Below, piece after piece: positions 8,694-16,940 of a stretch of 43,138 nucleotides of DNA. The notes beneath the pieces were generated by a model, which saw only the letters and a program-made list of their open reading frames with translations, was not told the origin of the DNA and ran no database searches. The position numbers and the translations under genes are program-made. Within the stretch, counting starts at the first letter, position 1. Each line of letters begins with the position of its first letter. Origin of the DNA: a virus (Duplodnaviria; Caudoviricetes); IMG/VR virus record IMGVR_UViG_3300044513_000416, positions 1 through 43,138 of that record, one strand, 5' to 3'.

Positions 8694-9953
8694 TTAAGTT
8701 GTTTTCTTAATTACAGGTTTAGTTTTAGGTTTCATACCTGGAAGTTCCGGTTGAACAGGTTTCTTTTGCCCCATTCCAGGAAGTTCTGGTTGATATGCCT
8801 CATTGTCAGCTTTATGTGATTTGTCTACATTTTTGAAAAACTCTTTGGTTTCTGCATCTGACATTTTGCCTAAATCTTTGCCCTTAAGCATTTTCTTAAA
8901 TTTGTCTTTGTAAGACTCCGGCATATTATCGCCTTTCATCTTTTTAAGTTTGTCCATTGACTTAGAAAGTTCTTTATTACCTTTCTTTAATGTGTCTTTT
9001 AATTCAGGACTAATAGCCTTTGGTTTAGATACTTTATATTTAATATCCATTTCAGATAGACTTTTAAGAACATTTGAATATTCTGTTTCGTTCTTTAAGT
9101 TAGGCATCTTTTTTCTCATATGAGGTTGTTGTCTAATTGCCTCAGGTTGTCCGAAATCTTTTGAGGAAAGTTGCTTTTTAACTTTAGCTCCCTTCTTCTT
9201 AATTTTCATTCGCATACCTTTGTCTACTACTTGTTGTTCTATTACTTCAAGCGTTTTTGATATTAATGTGTTTTCCACTTGTGTCTCCTCTTTTTTTTCT
9301 GCATCTAGTTTAGCAGCGATTGCCATTTCTCGTTTTTTATCTTTAGACTTGCCTTTAAATTGTGGCGCATCTGATTTTTGAAAATCTTTAATTACTTCTC
9401 CCATGTCGGCTTTTTTCATGTCCATAACTTCTTTCATATCTTTTTTGCCGTGTGTTTTACATGGTGTTTCTCCACACCCACAATTTTTTGCCTCTTCAAC
9501 TTCTTTAGTTTTAGGGTCATCATGTGTATAGCCTTTCTTCTTTAATTTATCATGGTCTTTTTTATCTTTTGCCATTTTAACTTCATCACCTTTGAACATT
9601 TTATGAGGTTTTACTTCCTCCATTAATTCGTTTAATGGAATTTCAGTAGTTTCTATCTCTAACTCATCTGCTTCCTCAGTTTGATACCGTGTTTTTTGTG
9701 TATGCATTCTAGTTCTTTGAAAAACTGTATCATCACCTGTTACCATAGCCATCATCTTTTGCATGACATTATTAACAGCGGCTCTTTCAGTTGGATTTAA
9801 TGTTTGTCCACTTTGAAGTTTTTGTAATCCTCGATGTATCATAGGTAAAGACGCTGTCGGTGCCATTCCTTGTCTTACAAGTTGGTCCAAGCGTTTCATG
9901 TCTGGAGACATTTCTCCTAACATTATTCTTTTAATTGAATCTATTTCTGACAT
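8694..9953 (-). CDS. Lys/Glu-rich probable internal head (core) protein
   Basis: Late promoter upstream. Low-complexity modules punctuated by hydrophobic-X-E sites, and a duplicated QPELPGM at the C-terminus. Confidence 0.65.
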   Translation of the reverse strand: MSEIDSIKRIMLGEMSPDMKRLDQLVRQGMAPTASLPMIHRGLQKLQSGQTLNPTERAAVNNVMQKMMAMVTGDDTVFQRTRMHTQKTRYQTEEADELEIETTEIPLNELMEEVKPHKMFKGDEVKMAKDKKDHDKLKKKGYTHDDPKTKEVEEAKNCGCGETPCKTHGKKDMKEVMDMKKADMGEVIKDFQKSDAPQFKGKSKDKKREMAIAAKLDAEKKEETQVENTLISKTLEVIEQQVVDKGMRMKIKKKGAKVKKQLSSKDFGQPEAIRQQPHMRKKMPNLKNETEYSNVLKSLSEMDIKYKVSKPKAISPELKDTLKKGNKELSKSMDKLKKMKGDNMPESYKDKFKKMLKGKDLGKMSDAETKEFFKNVDKSHKADNEAYQPELPGMGQKKPVQPELPGMKPKTKPVIKKTT

Positions 9954-9981
9954 ATTATTTACTTAATTGTTTGTATAAGAG

Positions 9982-9989
9982 TATTTATA
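9982..9989 (-). promoter_or_regulatory. T4 late promoter TATAAATA
   Basis: Exact intergenic motif upstream of ATG 9953. Confidence 0.8.
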
Positions 9990-10002
9990 ACTCTAAACCA
10001 CT

Positions 10003-10167
10003 CTATTTAACAATTTTCCATAATTCTCTGAATAAACAGAAACGTTCCTCGCCTTTATCTGTTTTATAAACAAATTGTGATGATAATATTTCTATTACTT
10101 CACCTTGAAATGCTCCGTTCAAACGACAAAAATGTTCTATTTTGTCTCCTACTTCTGGTCTTTTCAT
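10003..10167 (-). CDS. Small hypothetical protein (54 aa, SH3/KOW-like pattern)
   Basis: Manual translation MKRPEVGDKIEHFCRLNGAFQGEVIEILSSQFVYKTDKGEERFCLFRELWKIVK. ATGA overlap with the upstream stop. Confidence 0.75.
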   Translation of the reverse strand: MKRPEVGDKIEHFCRLNGAFQGEVIEILSSQFVYKTDKGEERFCLFRELWKIVK

Positions 10168-10910
10168 ATTTGTCCGTTTACTCTTAGCCCTGTTAATTTT
10201 TCATAGTAGCCATTCTTTATTATTAGTTTTGTTGCTAATACTAGTGGGTGAAATATACTATACGGGCATTCATTATGTATACGTAATTTCACCTGATGCA
10301 TATGAACACCGAATCCCATGTTATCCGATGCTTCTTTTACAACTTCATCTAATGGTAGTTCTGGTTTATAAGGTGTAAAAAGTTTTCTCCTATCAAACTT
10401 TCCTATTTCTTCTAAATGACTTAATCCCATATATTGTTTTACATCCTTAGGGTCTAAGTTACATATCTCTTCTTTTAATCTATTGTATATACGATATGCT
10501 TCTTGTTTTCTTTCTTCATTAGGCATTTCACAATCATGATTATGATACCACGTTTCAGTTTTAAGGCTATAAACTCCTATTCTAGTAGCATGAACAAAGG
10601 CATCTTTAGGAACTACCGAATACTCAAGACGTAAGCCTCTAAACATAATAGTTTCTCTGGGGTTTGGTAAACAAGGTAAAGGCCGTTCAGCCAAAAAGGC
10701 TATATCTAAATCTGAATGTTCGTGATAGTAATAAGTAGAACGTGAACCTGAAATAACAACGTCTGGAAAGTTATTGTAACAACCTGGTTGTATTTCCTCA
10801 AAAAGAGATAAAAGTTCTTCCTTTACGTCAGGTTTTAAAGTGTTATTTTCAAATAGTATAGGGTCTAAGTGTTCCTGCTTTTGAACGATATCATCTATTA
10901 ACAGTTCCAT
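10164..10910 (-). CDS. Pol-beta-superfamily nucleotidyltransferase
   Basis: VVISGS-x(11)-DLD signature (hGS...DxD), with a later LEYSV strand carrying a candidate third acidic residue. Confidence 0.75.
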   Translation of the reverse strand: MELLIDDIVQKQEHLDPILFENNTLKPDVKEELLSLFEEIQPGCYNNFPDVVISGSRSTYYYHEHSDLDIAFLAERPLPCLPNPRETIMFRGLRLEYSVVPKDAFVHATRIGVYSLKTETWYHNHDCEMPNEERKQEAYRIYNRLKEEICNLDPKDVKQYMGLSHLEEIGKFDRRKLFTPYKPELPLDEVVKEASDNMGFGVHMHQVKLRIHNECPYSIFHPLVLATKLIIKNGYYEKLTGLRVNGQI

Positions 10911-11635
10911 CTACGTCTGGCAGCTTTACCTCTCTCACCTGTCCATCCTCTACTTCTTGCACAAAACGATTTACGTCTATTGGCAGCTTTACTGCCTTTC
11001 TTTAATTTACTTGGCGGAGTTGTTACCGCAGTTTTTAACTTACTACCTGGATTAGCTCTTCTATGGGCTGCTACACCTTTAGCTGTAAGTCCAGCACCGT
11101 CTTCTGTAGGTCTTTTATGCCCTTTAGCATCATCACCTGTTTTATTAGGTTTATCATCCTCATTCAGTTTTTTATTAAATGCTTTGAATCCTAATCTTTT
11201 ACCTACGTTGGCTAACCCCTGTGTTCTTTTCTTAACATTCTCAGGTGAAGAATCCTTTTTCATTGATTGTTGTGCAGCCTGTGAATAGTTTGCCATAGTA
11301 TTAGTGCTTACTTCTTTTATTGGAACACAATTATCTACAGTTTTGCCACCTTTTTTCTTAGTGCCCATACGCTTATAGCCTTTCCAGCATACTTTGCCGT
11401 CAACACCTTTTTGTTTTTCTTCTTTTCTAAAGGTGTCCGCAGTTGCTCCTATTTTAGCATGAGGTTGCATAGAAGTTTTGCCTGTTGTTTTATTCTTCTG
11501 TGGAGTTTTAAAAAATAGATGTTTCTTTAAAGGTTTTCCTGCACCATCCTTAGGAAATATACCTTTACCTGCCATATCTGTTCTTTGTTTAACTCCTAAT
11601 TGATTTTCAATTACGTATTCTAGAAATGTTTTCAT
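10898..11635 (-). CDS. Probable internal head protein with capsid-targeting-like N-terminus
   Basis: Begins MKTFLEYVIE (compare T4 IPII/IPIII MKTYQEFIAE). Modules CWKGYK...DNCVP and SFCAR...RRWNC (DUF6321-like, from memory). Confidence 0.75.
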   Translation of the reverse strand: MKTFLEYVIENQLGVKQRTDMAGKGIFPKDGAGKPLKKHLFFKTPQKNKTTGKTSMQPHAKIGATADTFRKEEKQKGVDGKVCWKGYKRMGTKKKGGKTVDNCVPIKEVSTNTMANYSQAAQQSMKKDSSPENVKKRTQGLANVGKRLGFKAFNKKLNEDDKPNKTGDDAKGHKRPTEDGAGLTAKGVAAHRRANPGSKLKTAVTTPPSKLKKGSKAANRRKSFCARSRGWTGERGKAARRRWNC

Positions 11636-13041
11636 TTTCTTTTCCCTACTGCTTTAGCCTTCTTAGTCAATTTTGGTCTAAGAGTTGGCTTGTTTTTAAT
11701 TTTAAATTTCTTAGCTTTATATTTGGAAGCTGAACCGCCTTTTGAAACTCTGAATTTCTTAGCTTTCTGAGACTTCATTGAACCTCTACGTTTTAGACGT
11801 TCTACCTCTTTCTTCCTAATTTGTGGTAACATACGAACAGCAATTCTACTTACAATCGGCTCAAAACGTTTAATAAGTTTTTCTAAACGTTGTTTCTCTG
11901 ATGGTGGGAGATTACTTTTGTCTCTTCCACGTAAGAGCCTTTTATACATAAAGTTTCTTGCTGACCTAGTTGACCTAAGTTTAATCCTATCTGGAGAACT
12001 TGACCTTCTTAATGCTCTTGCTCTTGCAACTTTTAATTTTTGTCTGTTACGTCTAGCTGCGAACCTTCTTTTAATACGTCCTTGAATAGTTAGGACTTCT
12101 GTGATGTTTAAGTCGTCATAAACATCTAAAGCACCGTCATTGTTATAGTCGTCATCTTCAAATTCATCTTCTGAATAACCACCTAATGATAAGAAGTCTT
12201 CCAAATCCATACCATCAACTTCTTTTTCCATTTCAAGTATGTCTTGTTCTGTAAAGCCATGCTCTTCTATTTGGCTAATGTAATCTAATAGTTCTTTATC
12301 TAGTCCTTCTATTAAGTCTTCGTCATAGTTTACATCGTCAACCCACGCAACCTTTTTGGCTCTTAATGCTTGCTTTAATCCATGAGACATATTTCTATTC
12401 ATTTTGGCATGAAATGCTTGTGTTTTATTAAGGGGTGTTTTAGGATTGTATTTACGACCAGCAACTTTAACCTTTTGTCTAACAACTTTGCTTGGGTTTG
12501 CTAAACTTTTTATTGTGTCCTTAATTGCTCCTGAGATATCTTCTTCTACTGGAACCTTTACTGGTTCAGGTTTTTGATTAAACTTAGAACTTTGACCTGG
12601 AGTAAGTTTTTTATAATACTCCGTTCCTTTTGCGGTGCCCCATTCATGCCCGCCCGGCTTAGCGCTGTATTGAGCGTCCTCAACAACGTTCTTGCCCCCA
12701 CCCCTATTTGTGTTGTCTTGTATATCTATCTTTTTAAAAGTTTTGTTTTTCTCTTTATCCTTTCTCAATTTTTTCTGATTGGTAGATAAATTCTTTTTTA
12801 TCTTTGGTAAAGTTAGTCCTTTTAGTGTGTCTAATTCTTCATTCTTTTTAGACATTCTATCAAATATACCACCTGGAGTGGGTTTTAAGGGATTTTGGCT
12901 GGCTCTCCTTTTATGGTCGGCAGCGTATGCATCAGCCCCTTTTTGTAAATTCTTTTTAGCTGTGGCAACACGACTACGGATTTTATCCATAAACGTTTCC
13001 TCACGCAATGAGTCTTTAAATGATTGTAGTCGTTTACTCAT
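11632..13041 (-). CDS. Probable internal head protein with acidic middle and Arg/Lys-rich C-terminus
   Basis: Late promoter 5 nt before ATG, SFKDSLREE N-terminus, and LNITE|VLT preceding a strongly basic domain. Confidence 0.7.
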   Translation of the reverse strand: MSKRLQSFKDSLREETFMDKIRSRVATAKKNLQKGADAYAADHKRRASQNPLKPTPGGIFDRMSKKNEELDTLKGLTLPKIKKNLSTNQKKLRKDKEKNKTFKKIDIQDNTNRGGGKNVVEDAQYSAKPGGHEWGTAKGTEYYKKLTPGQSSKFNQKPEPVKVPVEEDISGAIKDTIKSLANPSKVVRQKVKVAGRKYNPKTPLNKTQAFHAKMNRNMSHGLKQALRAKKVAWVDDVNYDEDLIEGLDKELLDYISQIEEHGFTEQDILEMEKEVDGMDLEDFLSLGGYSEDEFEDDDYNNDGALDVYDDLNITEVLTIQGRIKRRFAARRNRQKLKVARARALRRSSSPDRIKLRSTRSARNFMYKRLLRGRDKSNLPPSEKQRLEKLIKRFEPIVSRIAVRMLPQIRKKEVERLKRRGSMKSQKAKKFRVSKGGSASKYKAKKFKIKNKPTLRPKLTKKAKAVGKRK

Positions 13042-13046
13042 ACGAC

Positions 13047-13054
13047 TATTTATA
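13047..13054 (-). promoter_or_regulatory. T4 late promoter TATAAATA, 5 nt before ATG 13041
   Basis: TATAAATA-GTCGT-ATG. Confidence 0.85.
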
Positions 13055-13057
13055 AGA

Positions 13058-13507
13058 CTAAACTAATTCAAAATGTGGGGCATCAATAAATGGGCGTTTA
13101 CCTTCGTTTCTACGCCAATCTACATAAGCGTTCATGGCTTCTTCCATTGTGCCTTCCCACTTAGTAATGTCTGCAACTGTCCAAGCTGCACCCCATCTTA
13201 TGGGTGTGTTTAGTTCTATAGCTGCCTGTTTCATAGCATCAGCAATATTGTCATATAAAGTAATTTCCCAACTAACTCTGGAGCCCACATAGGCAGCTAA
13301 ATCTACAGCGTCACCTGTTAAATGTTTGGACTTCATAGTTTTACTTGCACCTCTAGCTACAAGTGCTTCTTGTTCTTCTATTGTTCTTAGTCCTTGAGTT
13401 ACTCCGAAATCAACTTCTGTAATTTCTATTGCTCTTTCTACAACTGCACGTAATTCAGGCTTGATGCCTTCTAATCTTTCTTTGCTTATGTTACTTAATT
13501 TAAACAT
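13058..13507 (-). CDS. M15 L-alanyl-D-glutamate peptidase (endolysin)
   Basis: GLRT...Q, SKH...GDAVD, RWG and DAPHFEL zinc-binding motifs. Confidence 0.92.
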   Translation of the reverse strand: MFKLSNISKERLEGIKPELRAVVERAIEITEVDFGVTQGLRTIEEQEALVARGASKTMKSKHLTGDAVDLAAYVGSRVSWEITLYDNIADAMKQAAIELNTPIRWGAAWTVADITKWEGTMEEAMNAYVDWRRNEGKRPFIDAPHFELV

Positions 13508-14040
13508 TTTCTAACCTCGTTAAATAAATTTTCTGATAATGCGTAATCGCTAGGTAAAGCTTTCTTAAAACTTTCGAAGTCATTGTTAATAGCATACTCT
13601 CGCATTTGTGTTGCGGATATACCTTCAACGCTATCACCGTCTGGGTCTCTTTGACCTGCGGATACAACCTCTACATTTTTAAATGTAAAGTCTTTACCAT
13701 TGTATTTATTAAGAACCGAGGCGTAAGTTTCTACACGGTCGCTTCCTGCAACAAATACAACATTATCATACTCTTTATCTAACAAAGCTAGTTGATTGAC
13801 AAAAGTAGGATTTGTTTTATCTGAACATCTAAAGTTTGTTTCTGGGAACAAGTTATTTAAATGTTCTACTTTTACGTCTTGTGGTAACGGATTCTTTTTG
13901 TTGTCCTGTGTATGGGATGCAACAATTACATGGTCAGCATTATTACTTTGTGCGACGTCTTTAATTTTGCTAATCAATTTAGCATGCCCCTTAGTTGGTG
14001 GGTTAAATCTGCCATATGTAAATACTACTGTTTTTGCCAT
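13495..14040 (-). CDS. HxGH-superfamily (cytidylyl/adenylyltransferase-like) protein
   Basis: GRFNPPTKGH, NPL, VAGSDR, SAGQRDPD and ISATQMR. Confidence 0.9.
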   Translation of the reverse strand: MAKTVVFTYGRFNPPTKGHAKLISKIKDVAQSNNADHVIVASHTQDNKKNPLPQDVKVEHLNNLFPETNFRCSDKTNPTFVNQLALLDKEYDNVVFVAGSDRVETYASVLNKYNGKDFTFKNVEVVSAGQRDPDGDSVEGISATQMREYAINNDFESFKKALPSDYALSENLFNEVRKCLN

Positions 14041-15110
14041 TGTTTTTCTCCGTTAAAGTTATTATAACTAAATTCATATCTATTTACAAGTTTTATAGGA
14101 CCACTTTTACTGATTGCCACATAGCCCTCAGGATTAGTTCTTTGTTCACCTATAAAACAAGCCACGTCATGATTTTTGTTAAGTTTGTTTATTACTTTGT
14201 TTTTAGCCGTTGTAATAGCTTTCTGAAACTCTACGACACTCTGTATAGTGTTTACTTCTGCCTGTAGTGCCTTAACTACCTGGTCTCTTTGTTCAGTTAG
14301 CTGTGTGCGTGCTTTGACTGTCTTAAGTTTATCTATTTCAATATTATATCTGTTTTTAACATATGTAATATAACTTTTAGCATGTTTTTTAGATGACGGT
14401 AATTTTTTGCCATCCATTACGAACTTGTTATTAAATGTTTTTAACTTTGCACCTATAAGTTTACTAGGAAAACTATTTTGTATATTAAGGAATTTAGTAA
14501 GTTTAGTTGGTATATTGATATTGTTTGTGTCTACACTAACGAAGCCACCTTTGTAGTTTGCATCTCGTTGCCATACATTTTTAGTTTGTTTTAAGGAATC
14601 AATACTAAAGTCAAAGGATGCTGTCATAGTTTCTAATGACTTACCTGTGTATTGTGTATGCCAAACAACTCCTATGTTTTTATCTCTGACTTCAACTTCT
14701 TGTAATCTGTAAGTAATTGTATTAGGTTGAAATGTAACATAAGCACTATTTATTCTTTTAATATCATTTTTAGTAAACATGATGTCGCCTTGTATAACTC
14801 CTTGTATACCTAACTTTTTAAATTCTGTAAGTGCGACCATAAATTTATCTTTAAGGTCATTAGGCAAGTCCGCCTTTTTAATTTGACCAGGGGTCTTATA
14901 TAATATAGGAGTTTTATTAAAGACGGACTTTTTAGCAACAAAGAACTTACCATCACTTGGGTCTGTGCCTGCAAAGACAGCTGGGGAGCCGTCATATTTT
15001 ACAGTAGGAACAAAACCTTTGTTCAACAGTTCAACACTATCTTTAGCACCCTGTGTGCCGAAGTTTAAAACTGTATCTTCTAAATGTTCTAAGTGTAAGT
15101 TCTTATTCAT
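14025..15110 (-). CDS. Covalent nucleotidyltransferase (ligase-like) domain protein, DUF6267-like
   Basis: HLEHLED, KYDG (motif I), QGD (III), EGYV (IV) and KLVNR (V). No OB domain evident. The DUF assignment is from memory. Confidence 0.75.
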   Translation of the reverse strand: MNKNLHLEHLEDTVLNFGTQGAKDSVELLNKGFVPTVKYDGSPAVFAGTDPSDGKFFVAKKSVFNKTPILYKTPGQIKKADLPNDLKDKFMVALTEFKKLGIQGVIQGDIMFTKNDIKRINSAYVTFQPNTITYRLQEVEVRDKNIGVVWHTQYTGKSLETMTASFDFSIDSLKQTKNVWQRDANYKGGFVSVDTNNINIPTKLTKFLNIQNSFPSKLIGAKLKTFNNKFVMDGKKLPSSKKHAKSYITYVKNRYNIEIDKLKTVKARTQLTEQRDQVVKALQAEVNTIQSVVEFQKAITTAKNKVINKLNKNHDVACFIGEQRTNPEGYVAISKSGPIKLVNRYEFSYNNFNGEKQWQKQ

Positions 15111-15116
15111 ACACTT

Positions 15117-15145
15117 ATTATAAGTTCGTTATTTCAAAAAGTCAA
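15117..15145 (-). promoter_or_regulatory. sigma70-type promoter
   Basis: TTGACT-N17-TATAAT, 6 nt from ATG 15110. Confidence 0.85.
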
Positions 15146-15773
15146 GCACTTTTCTTGCTATTATTTTGTGTCCTGTTTCGTTAGGATGATTATCCCCAGA
15201 AATAAAGTTTGGATGTGGTATTTCTTTAAATTGTTTAATTTTAAATCCTTGCTCAACCAATCCAGAACTTAAATTGTATTTATTATCTGTTAGCATTTCT
15301 GTAAGACTTTGCTCTTTATTCAATGTATGTCGTAGTATAATATCTTCCGCCCAATCCCACAAGTGCAAAGAACCAAAGTTTCTCATAAGAACAACTTTCA
15401 TGCCTTTTTGTATAGCCTTATTTACAATCGTCATACCGAATAAATTATGGTGATAAGTAAACCACTCTACAGTTTTATCTTCTAAGAATTCGTCATACTT
15501 CGTCATACCTTCAAACAATGAAGTGCATTGAGTTTTGCTTTTAATCTCATACCATCTAACATCAGGAGGGGTAACGACAATTAGAGTGTCGCCGACTGAA
15601 AAGGAGTTGGAATGTTTTAGAACATCAAATGTAATATGTCCTAATGAGGAGGCAGCTTTACCATAGTTGGCTACTCTTTCACCTGTAAATTTTTGAATCC
15701 AGTTACTAAAATTCTTTTCGTTTTTCTTTAGGCCATATCCTTCAGCCCAACTATCACCAAAGACCCAAAACAT
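15129..15773 (-). CDS. SGNH/GDSL hydrolase-like protein
   Basis: FGDSW block I, NYG block II and DNHP...GH block V. Confidence 0.85.
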   Translation of the reverse strand: MFWVFGDSWAEGYGLKKNEKNFSNWIQKFTGERVANYGKAASSLGHITFDVLKHSNSFSVGDTLIVVTPPDVRWYEIKSKTQCTSLFEGMTKYDEFLEDKTVEWFTYHHNLFGMTIVNKAIQKGMKVVLMRNFGSLHLWDWAEDIILRHTLNKEQSLTEMLTDNKYNLSSGLVEQGFKIKQFKEIPHPNFISGDNHPNETGHKIIARKVLDFLK

Positions 15774-16294
15774 TAATAGCTTCCGCCGTCTAATTCCTCT
15801 TCTTCTAAATTTACAAAAGCACCCTCTTCTTTAAGGCCTTTAATAAATGCATCTGTGTCCTTTTCAAATTGTTCTATCATAAGATGCTTAGCCTGTTTCA
15901 TATCATATGAAAACCCTAGCTGTTTAGCTGCCTGAACAAGTTTAGCTTTAGGCATCTTATGTAATTCTTCACCTGTCGGTATTGTAACTTCTTCAATAGG
16001 AACTGCTGATGTAACTTTTTCTAATACTGAAGGTTTTTGTTTCTTTACTGGTTTCTTCTTTTTAGCCTGGGCAAGTTCTCGTTTAAGATGTTTAATCTCA
16101 ATTTCTTTTTCCATAATTTCTTTATGTGCTTCATCGAGTCTTCTATTTTGTTCTACTTCCAATTCATTGTAGATTGTAAGAGCAGACGATAAGCTAGACC
16201 TATCTTGCATAAGGCCTGAAATTTCGTCTCTTAAAACATCTACTAATTTTTCTAAGTAAAGCCTTTCTGTTCCTGTTGGTATTTTAATATTCAT
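15773..16294 (-). CDS. Coiled-coil protein with Rho-N/HeH-like C-terminal motif
   Basis: Heptads at about aa 15-75, and ELHKMPKAKLVQAAKQLG. Confidence 0.65.
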   Translation of the reverse strand: MNIKIPTGTERLYLEKLVDVLRDEISGLMQDRSSLSSALTIYNELEVEQNRRLDEAHKEIMEKEIEIKHLKRELAQAKKKKPVKKQKPSVLEKVTSAVPIEEVTIPTGEELHKMPKAKLVQAAKQLGFSYDMKQAKHLMIEQFEKDTDAFIKGLKEEGAFVNLEEEELDGGSY

Positions 16295-16310
16295 TTTATT
16301 CCTTAATGTA

Positions 16311-16386
16311 TGGTGCTGGATGCCGGATTCGAACTGGCCACCTGAGGTTTACAAAACCCCTGCTCTGCCTAATGAGCTAATCCAGC
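16311..16386 (-). tRNA. tRNA-Thr(UGU) with encoded CCA
   Basis: GCTGGAT/ATCCAGC acceptor stem, anticodon loop TTTGTAA, TTCGAAT T-loop and 3' ACCA; 76 nt with one A-C mismatch in the T stem. Confidence 0.95.
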
Positions 16387-16393
16387 GTTTGTT

Positions 16394-16401
16394 TATTTAT
16401 A
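16394..16401 (-). promoter_or_regulatory. T4 late promoter of the tRNA
   Basis: TATAAATA 7 nt upstream of tRNA position 1. Confidence 0.8.
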
Positions 16402-16494
16402 GTCGTTTACTCGTGGTAATATCTTTGGATAAACCAAAATATAAATTAATTGTTGTAAGTGGTCCCCTTAGTTTCCATTATATAATATTTGTTC

Positions 16495-16599
16495 TCAGTT
16501 AAATATATCTTTTCTAAATTTGTATAGTATCCAACCTATTCCTACTGTATTCCAAATTAAAAATACTAAGAAAGCCCATCCCAGAGCTTCTAAAATCAT
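16495..16599 (-). CDS. Small single-pass membrane protein (34 aa)
   Basis: Manual translation MILEALGWAFLVFLIWNTVGIGWILYKFRKDIFN, with TAATG coupling to the upstream gene. Confidence 0.6.
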   Translation of the reverse strand: MILEALGWAFLVFLIWNTVGIGWILYKFRKDIFN

Positions 16600-16907
16600 T
16601 AGTCTTCCATTCCAAGGCGCTTCTTTGTTTTTTCTATCGCCGTTCTAGTTCTAACCGTTGTAGGGTCTTTGCGCCCATAATCCTGCGCCAGTTTAGAACC
16701 AGGTGCCTTATCAGCAATCTTTTGTAATACATCTTTAAACCCTGCAGGTGCTTTAGTTCTATCACCTGTGCCACCTATTAAACTCGGTGCAGATATCTGC
16801 TGTTTTAGATTTGGGTTGTCCTTCAAAAATTGTTCACGTTCGGCAAGTTTTATCATTTTATCAAAAACTTCTCCTGTTTCAATGTTTTCAAATGTATATA
16901 AAGGCAT
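16599..16907 (-). CDS. FmdB-like hypothetical protein (Cys-less)
   Basis: MPLYTFENIETGE N-terminus and GFKDVL motif, a pattern common in T4-like phages. Confidence 0.75.
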   Translation of the reverse strand: MPLYTFENIETGEVFDKMIKLAEREQFLKDNPNLKQQISAPSLIGGTGDRTKAPAGFKDVLQKIADKAPGSKLAQDYGRKDPTTVRTRTAIEKTKKRLGMED

Positions 16908-16915
16908 AGTTACTC

Positions 16916-16932
16916 TATTTATAATATTTATA
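16916..16932 (-). promoter_or_regulatory. Tandem T4 late promoters
   Basis: TATAAATA-T-TATAAATA (16925-16932 and 16916-16923). Confidence 0.8.
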
Positions 16933-16940
16933 ATGGTCGC

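Noticed and set aside
16320-16502. 60-aa plus-strand ORF
   Set aside because: It is antisense to the tRNA-Thr gene.
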